NCBI GenBank assembly: GCA_000375685.1
Contig: AQVQ01000002.1
Coordinates: 1-43,601 of the forward strand
From: a crenarchaeote SCGC AAA261-N23
GTDB lineage: Archaea; Thermoproteota; Thermoprotei; Gearchaeales; Gearchaeaceae
DNA: 43,601 nt
Direction of reading: 5' to 3'
Both the position numbers and the translations under genes were made by a program. Each line of letters opens with the position of its first letter. Position 1 is the first letter of the stretch. This document shows positions 38,196 through 43,601 of this stretch, in pieces. The notes beneath the pieces are model-generated. The model saw nothing but the letters and a program-made list of their open reading frames with translations, made no database searches and had not been told where the DNA came from.

Positions 38196-38199
38196 TATA

Positions 38200-39324
38200 A
38201 TGTCTAGAATTCTTTTCATATCTTATGTCTCAAATCAGCATTCAGGTGTAGGCAATAGAGTTTATTATTTATCTCGTGAACTTGCAAAAAAAGGTCATGA
38301 AGTGCATGTAATAACTAAGCAAGGAGAATATGTAAGCAATGAAGTCAATGCTTATTATGTTGAAATACCGGGATATATTTTTAAAGTTCCTCCTGTTCCC
38401 TTACCTCAGGTTTCAATCTTTAACTTGCTAGCTTACAAGAAGTTTGAGGAAATAAAGTATAAAATTAAACCAGATATAATAGATGTCCAGCATGTTCATG
38501 TTTCACTTATAGTTCATATGATTAAAGAAAGAGATAATTTAGCAATAACTTGTCATGGTACTGAAATGGGCTTATTCAATTTGGAGAGAAGTTATTCAGG
38601 ATTAGTTAATTTAATCAATTCAGAATTTGAAAAGAACATATTCAAGAAAAGCAAAGCTGTAATAGCAGTTTCTGATTACATAAAAAAAGAAATAATAAAC
38701 TATTATGATCTTCAATCTAATAAAGTAATAACTATTCATAACGGAATTGATTTAAAAGAATTTAATAATATAAGAAAAATTAATTTAAAAGATAAGCTTG
38801 GAGTTTCAAATATAATATTATTTATGGGCGGATTTTCAAAAAGAAAAGGCATTCATATCCTAATAAAAGCATTAGCTGGAATTAAAGAAAAAGATTGGGC
38901 TTTAATAATTGTCGGTAGCGGAGACCTAAAAAGCAAAAAAGAAATTATCAATCTTATCAATATTTTAAATATAAAAAATAAAATAATAAATTTTTCAAAT
39001 GTTTCAAGAGAATTATTAAAGTGCATATTATTTGAAGCAGACATATTTGTTCATCCAGCACTTTATGAACCTTTCGGCATTGCAGTTTTAGAAGCTATGG
39101 CTTTAAGTAAAGCTATAATAGCTACAAAAGCAGGAGGAATTCCAGAAATACTAACTAACGCAGGTATACTTATTAACACTAGTTCAGAAGAATTAAAAAA
39201 TGCTTTAGAGCTATTAATTTCTGATATTGGGTTACGTAAAAAATACTCTAAGTTAGCAAAAGAAAGAGCAAAAATTTTCGATTGGACTCAAATCGCTGAG
39301 AAGTACAATAGTTATTTACAATGA
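38200..39324 (+). CDS. GT4 glycosyltransferase
   Basis: I prefer the ATG at 38200 (MSRILFISYV). E-x7-E region is YEPFGIAVLEAMALSKAIIATKAGGIPEIL. Confidence 0.8.
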   Translation: MSRILFISYVSNQHSGVGNRVYYLSRELAKKGHEVHVITKQGEYVSNEVNAYYVEIPGYIFKVPPVPLPQVSIFNLLAYKKFEEIKYKIKPDIIDVQHVHVSLIVHMIKERDNLAITCHGTEMGLFNLERSYSGLVNLINSEFEKNIFKKSKAVIAVSDYIKKEIINYYDLQSNKVITIHNGIDLKEFNNIRKINLKDKLGVSNIILFMGGFSKRKGIHILIKALAGIKEKDWALIIVGSGDLKSKKEIINLINILNIKNKIINFSNVSRELLKCILFEADIFVHPALYEPFGIAVLEAMALSKAIIATKAGGIPEILTNAGILINTSSEELKNALELLISDIGLRKKYSKLAKERAKIFDWTQIAEKYNSYLQ

Positions 39325-39548
39325 CAGATCATCTTAAACTATCAGTACAAAGTTTTCTTAGAAGAGTAGGACATTTTGTATTTGATCCAAAAATCTAAAT
39401 TAGATTTTTCTTCAAAATTTGCTTTCTAAAAGGGAATGAAGAAGAATTATTTAGCAATAGCTGAGAATAGAAAACATCTACTTCAATACCATACATCACA
39501 GCACAGGGCAAATATTACTGTAAAGGTAATAAGTAAGATAAACAGAGC

Positions 39549-40259
39549 ATGATAAATAAATTTTATTCAATGTTACCAACATTACCAAGACGATTTGTGG
39601 GGATTATCTTATTAGTTAGAGATTTAATTTATATAAAAACAAACTTACGAAAAGTCAAAACTCTTGATGATATTTTGAAAATAGCTTTTAATACAAGGAT
39701 GATTCTTATTCCTATACAAATAAGAGAAGAAATAAAGAGTTTATTATTAATTCTGGATAAAGTTAAACCTAAAGTAATTTTAGAAATCGGAACTTCGCGA
39801 GGTGGCACATTATTCTTATTTTCGTACATCACACATAAAGAAGCTACATTAATTTCAGTTGATCTTAACCAACATCTTTGGGTAAGAATTTTATTGGAAT
39901 ATATTCTTAAAGGAAAGCAGAAAATCTATTTAATTCAAGGAGCTTCGCATAGTATTGAAACATTAAGAAAGATTGGAGGAATATTGAGGGATAATAAGGT
40001 CGATTTCCTTTTCATAGATGCTGATCATAGCTATGAAGGAGTTAAGAAGGACTTTGAAATTTATTCACCTTTGGTAAGAAAAGGCGGAATAATAGCTTTT
40101 CATGATATCATTCCTGATTATTATGCAAAACGCGGGATTAAGCCATCTTCCGGTGTCTATAAATTTTGGAATGAAATTAAAGGGAAATACGAACATTTAG
40201 AAATAATTAAAGATAGAAACCAGGATGGATTTGGTATAGGTGTTCTTTTTATTAAGTGA
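39549..40259 (+). CDS. Class I SAM methyltransferase (CmcI/Methyltransf_24-like), intact paralog
   Basis: VILEIGTSRGGTLFLF, VDFLFIDADHSYEGVKKDFEIYSPLVRKGGIIAFHDI. Confidence 0.75.
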   Translation: MINKFYSMLPTLPRRFVGIILLVRDLIYIKTNLRKVKTLDDILKIAFNTRMILIPIQIREEIKSLLLILDKVKPKVILEIGTSRGGTLFLFSYITHKEATLISVDLNQHLWVRILLEYILKGKQKIYLIQGASHSIETLRKIGGILRDNKVDFLFIDADHSYEGVKKDFEIYSPLVRKGGIIAFHDIIPDYYAKRGIKPSSGVYKFWNEIKGKYEHLEIIKDRNQDGFGIGVLFIK

Positions 40260-40304
40260 TATGTTAAAAATAGAGCCCAAGTAAATTAAGCTGAAATTAA
40301 TAAC

Positions 40305-40541
40305 ATGTTAAACGTAGCTCTAATAGGTTTAGGTTTAGGTTATTGGGGAAGGAATTATTTGAGAGTTTTGCAGAACATTAATGGAGTTAAATTAAGTTAC
40401 GTTTGCGATAGCAATCCTGAAGCGCTTAAGGATGTTCCAAGTAATGTTAACACTACTTTAGATTATGAAGAAATAGCTAAAGATGAAAATATTAAAGCAG
40501 ACCCGCTTGAACTCATTACAAAGCAGTTGAAGTATCTATAG
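40305..40541 (+). pseudogene. Gfo/Idh/MocA-family oxidoreductase, 5' fragment only
   Basis: MLNVALIGLGLGYWGRNYLRVLQNINGVKLSYVCDSNPEAL is the N-terminal Rossmann segment of a normally ~300-350-aa family. The ORF stops after 78 aa and no continuation appears in any frame. Confidence 0.55.
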
Positions 40542-40624
40542 AGAAAGGTAGAAAGGTTAAGCGAAAAATTACCTTACTACTGCTATTTTAAAAATTTTGT
40601 AAAATTATAATAAATAATAAAATC

Positions 40625-41866
40625 ATGAAAATAATCCATATGTATTTCGGTTGGTCGTATACTGGATATAGAAAAGGGTGGCAACGATTTGATTTTATTA
40701 CTTCAGAGCTAAGGAAAGCAGGACATGAAGTTTATGTTATAGGTCTAAAAAAAACATGGAATGATAAAAAGCAAAAATTGCTCGGATACTTCGAAAAAAC
40801 TGATGAGGCTATTAATATTATCGGACCCAAATGGACATCAATGATTGGTAATATATTTATAAATACGTTATTTATTGACGACTTTTTTGAAGCCGTCATG
40901 TTTCTAATTTTATGTCTAAAAGTAAAACCTGATGCGGTGATTATTCAAAATGAACCTGTTGGCTTTAGTTTTTGGTTTACTATATTTTCAAAGATATTTA
41001 AGATTAAAACATTTGCAGATTATCATGATTTAATTGTAAGATTGGGTTCTTATCCTAATAAAAAAGGAATATTATATAAATTAGGTATCTTAATTAACGA
41101 GAGAATAGTTCCGAGAAATATAAAAGGATTAACAGTCACAACTGAATTTGGAAAGAAATACTTTAGTCCTGTAGCAAGAAAAATATTTATAATACGGGAA
41201 TTGGTGGATCCAGAAATCTATAATAATGTATCAGAAGAAGTTAAAAACCAAATTATTTCAAAATTTAATATAAATTTAAATAAACATAAAATATTATGGA
41301 CAGGTTTTATTCATATAAGGCATTTAAAATCTTTAGTTATGTTATTTAAAGCTGTAAGCGACATTCCATATAAAGAAAAAATTCAAATAATAATTGTAGG
41401 AAGCGGCGAACATCTTCCATATTTAATGCGACTTAGTAAAACATTATCGCTTGATGTGGTATATACTGGATATTTACCTCCTCAAAGTCAATCATTAATA
41501 GCTTTGTATAAATTATCAGATATAGGATTTATGACCGGTGTAAATGAATTGTTTATGCATTTCGTTGCAGGTCTTAAATTATCCGAATACTTAGCGAGCG
41601 AGCTACCTGTAATTGCCCCTTCTTTACATGGAATTAAAGAAGTAATAAAAGGTAATGGCGTTTTATACAATCCTGATGACATAAACGATCTTAAGCAAAA
41701 AATAATTTTTATGTTAAATGCAGACTTGAAAGAAATGAGTCATGCATCAAAGGAAATCGCTCATAAATTATTATCTCCTATGGCTTTTCGAAACATTTTA
41801 AACGATTTTATTAACTTTCTAAAATGCAATGAAAGAGAAAATAAAATTAAAATTTTTTTTAAATAG
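40625..41866 (+). CDS. GT-B/GT4-like glycosyltransferase (divergent)
   Basis: 413 aa. The C-domain pattern is ILWTGFIH...IIIVGSGEH...GLKLSEYLASELPVIAPSLHGIKEVI. Confidence 0.55.
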   Translation: MKIIHMYFGWSYTGYRKGWQRFDFITSELRKAGHEVYVIGLKKTWNDKKQKLLGYFEKTDEAINIIGPKWTSMIGNIFINTLFIDDFFEAVMFLILCLKVKPDAVIIQNEPVGFSFWFTIFSKIFKIKTFADYHDLIVRLGSYPNKKGILYKLGILINERIVPRNIKGLTVTTEFGKKYFSPVARKIFIIRELVDPEIYNNVSEEVKNQIISKFNINLNKHKILWTGFIHIRHLKSLVMLFKAVSDIPYKEKIQIIIVGSGEHLPYLMRLSKTLSLDVVYTGYLPPQSQSLIALYKLSDIGFMTGVNELFMHFVAGLKLSEYLASELPVIAPSLHGIKEVIKGNGVLYNPDDINDLKQKIIFMLNADLKEMSHASKEIAHKLLSPMAFRNILNDFINFLKCNERENKIKIFFK

Positions 41867-41884
41867 ATATTAGCATCTCCAAAG

Positions 41885-42440
41885 GTTCCGCTCATTAATG
41901 CTTATAAGCTCTAATTAGAGAAGATTCTGTAATAATCGATGTTGGAGCTTACAGAGTAGGATATACAATAAGATTTGCTAAGATAGCAATAAAAGGAAAA
42001 ATAATTGCTATTGAACCTAATTTTGAAAACTACAAGTTCCTACTTCTGAATATCTACTATAATGATGTTAAAATGCAATTGTGTATAAAACAATGCATAC
42101 AGCTATAGAACAAAAATTAAAGTTTTTTTAAGAACAAAGATATACGAGCGATGTAAAGTATTGTTACCGATAACAGCAACAACATAAAATTAGAAGCAAT
42201 AACTTTGGATGAAATTACTACATCAAATGGATTGAAAAAATAGACGTGATAAAAATCGACGCTGAATGTTCAGAATATGAAATTCTTAAAGATTCTTAAT
42301 ACACATTAAAGTTGGCGAAATATCTTATAATTGAAATCAGCACGGATCTAAAACAAATTTTAGATTTTCTTGAAGAGAGAATTTATAGTAATAAACTTAG
42401 GCGAATTCTTAAATCAAGACTATTACATATATATACCTAA
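41885..42440 (+). pseudogene. FkbM-family methyltransferase remnant (N-terminally truncated, multiply disrupted)
   Basis: Pieces read DSVIIDVGAYRVGYTIRFAK...IIAIEPNFENYKFL...LEAITLDEITTSNGLKK / IDVIKIDAECSEYEILKDS* and parallel 37356..38195. There are at least 5 frameshifts and in-frame TAA codons at 41912-14 and 42297-99. Confidence 0.6.
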
Positions 42441-42456
42441 ATAAAAGATTTTTATC

Positions 42457-43601
42457 ATGAGTAGATTGCTCTACGTAAGCTTTTGGGGGACAAGTAAAGG
42501 TTGGTGGGATAGGCTTGATTTATTATTCGATAGTTTAGCTAAAGATTTCGAGGTATATGATGTAGGATTTCTTCACAATCATGCTTTTAATATAGTAATA
42601 AAAAAAGATAATCATGTTAATTATGTTAGATTTCTCCTTAGATTTAAAAAGTTAGAATCTAAAATCATAATTAATCAATTATTTCGTTTTCCATTTTTAA
42701 TATATACAATTGCAAAATTTAGACCTGTTGCAATTATCTTCTTTTCTAACGTTATTCCTTTGTATATTCTAACCATTATTTTCAAAATTAATAAGTTATT
42801 TAATTTTAAAGTAATTTTAGATCTAGATGAATTTGGAGGCAAAGAGGAGGAAAAAAGGAGTATAATTAACAAAATATATGATAAAGTCACTATAAGGTTT
42901 TTAAGATTCTCCAATTTGATATTGGTATTAAACAATTTTGCCAAGAACTTTTTAAAGAATTATGGTATAAAAGATTCAAAAATATTCGTTTTGTCTCAAT
43001 TTGTTAACCCTAATAGGTTTAGAAACCATGTAAACAAAGAAGAATTAAGGGAAAAACTAGGGCTGAATAAAGACGAGATCATAATCATGACTAGCGGGGT
43101 TTTTAGGGCAGGGAATTATTCAGCAATGTTAAAATTTATAAGAGCGTTTGCTAGCTTAGAAAACGAGTTTAAGAAAAATCTTGCACTTGCGATAATTGGC
43201 GTTACCCATAGAAAAGAGTTTATCTCAAAGGCAATCGAAGAAGGAAATAAAGTAGGCTTAAAAGTAAAGTATCTGGGACCATATTATAAGGAGACGCTGA
43301 ACCATTACTTAAGGGTTTCGGATATAGTTCTCTTTTTAAGCTTAAAAAATCTAGGATCATGTTTTAATACTCCAATAAGGTTTTCTGAATATCTAATGAG
43401 CGGAATGCCTATATTGGCTGTTGATCAGCCTAATGTAAGAGAATATATAAAAGATGAAAATTTTTTATTCGATATTTATAATGAAGAAGATATCTCTAAT
43501 AAGATAAAAAATTTAATTAATTTAATAAGAGAAAATAAATTAGTTTTTAAAGCAAAAATACCATCTGAGTTAGATTTGAAAAATGCTTACTTAAAATTAA
43601 A
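42457..43601 (+). CDS. GT-B/GT4-like glycosyltransferase, 3'-partial (runs off the window)
   Basis: Open frame from the ATG at 42457 to the window end (MSRLLYVSFWG...IIIMTSGVF...IRFSEYLMSGMPILAVDQPNVREYI). It resembles 40625..41866. It is absent from the ORF track because no stop codon is reached. Confidence 0.6.
   Translation, partial: MSRLLYVSFWGTSKGWWDRLDLLFDSLAKDFEVYDVGFLHNHAFNIVIKKDNHVNYVRFLLRFKKLESKIIINQLFRFPFLIYTIAKFRPVAIIFFSNVIPLYILTIIFKINKLFNFKVILDLDEFGGKEEEKRSIINKIYDKVTIRFLRFSNLILVLNNFAKNFLKNYGIKDSKIFVLSQFVNPNRFRNHVNKEELREKLGLNKDEIIIMTSGVFRAGNYSAMLKFIRAFASLENEFKKNLALAIIGVTHRKEFISKAIEEGNKVGLKVKYLGPYYKETLNHYLRVSDIVLFLSLKNLGSCFNTPIRFSEYLMSGMPILAVDQPNVREYIKDENFLFDIYNEEDISNKIKNLINLIRENKLVFKAKIPSELDLKNAYLKL

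Noticed and set aside
35844-42299. In-frame TAA codons as evidence of stop-codon reassignment or programmed readthrough.
   Set aside because: Many intact genes in the same window terminate at TAA in normal positions. The affected genes also carry other lesions, so ordinary nonsense mutation is the simpler explanation.
1-43601. CRISPR arrays, rRNA/tRNA genes, IS elements or integrases.
   Set aside because: I saw no regularly spaced direct repeats and no extended GC-rich structured segments other than the short hairpins. No ORF carries transposase or integrase motifs.

Overview
AT-rich (about 30% GC by eye) segment that looks archaeal: DUF1616-type proteins, TATA-like boxes about 28-32 nt upstream of start codons, many TTG starts, and ATGA/TTGA stop-start overlaps. 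I recognised no rRNA, tRNA, CRISPR array, transposase or integrase. All domain calls come from motifs read by eye, with no HMM or BLAST run. Every gene from nt 2473 to the window end is on the + strand.

Three blocks:
1. nt 1-2400: a toxin-antitoxin patch. It holds AbiEi plus a truncated AbiEii remnant, an orphan VapB-type antitoxin, and an MNT/HEPN pair. Three copies of a GC-rich hairpin-containing ~45-nt motif punctuate it.
2. nt 2750-14917: a small leaderless gene followed by a 12-gene, almost gap-free operon. It encodes an order-swapped split DUF1616 pair, two small membrane proteins, a sequon-dense 630-aa surface protein with a DUF4129 tail, DUF4350, a MoxR AAA+ ATPase, DUF58, two FtsX/MacB-type permeases, an ABC ATPase, and a GT-C-like polytopic protein. 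This uncharacterised envelope machine is my best candidate for a novel system.
3. nt 14958-43601: a paralog of the small gene with the same promoter motif heads a ~28-kb glycan-biosynthesis island. It holds 10 GT4, 2 GT2, 1 GT-A-like and a second GT-C-like protein, 2 tandem SDR epimerase/dehydratases, a NodU/CmcH carbamoyltransferase, an AsnB-type amidotransferase and 6 methyltransferases. A fused MNT-HEPN protein sits inside it.

The distal island (25.8, 32.6-37.3 and 41.9-42.4 kb) carries many disrupted genes. Every frameshift I could resolve is repaired by adding one base to a homopolymer, and there are four in-frame TAA codons. This is either real gene decay or partly assembly error.
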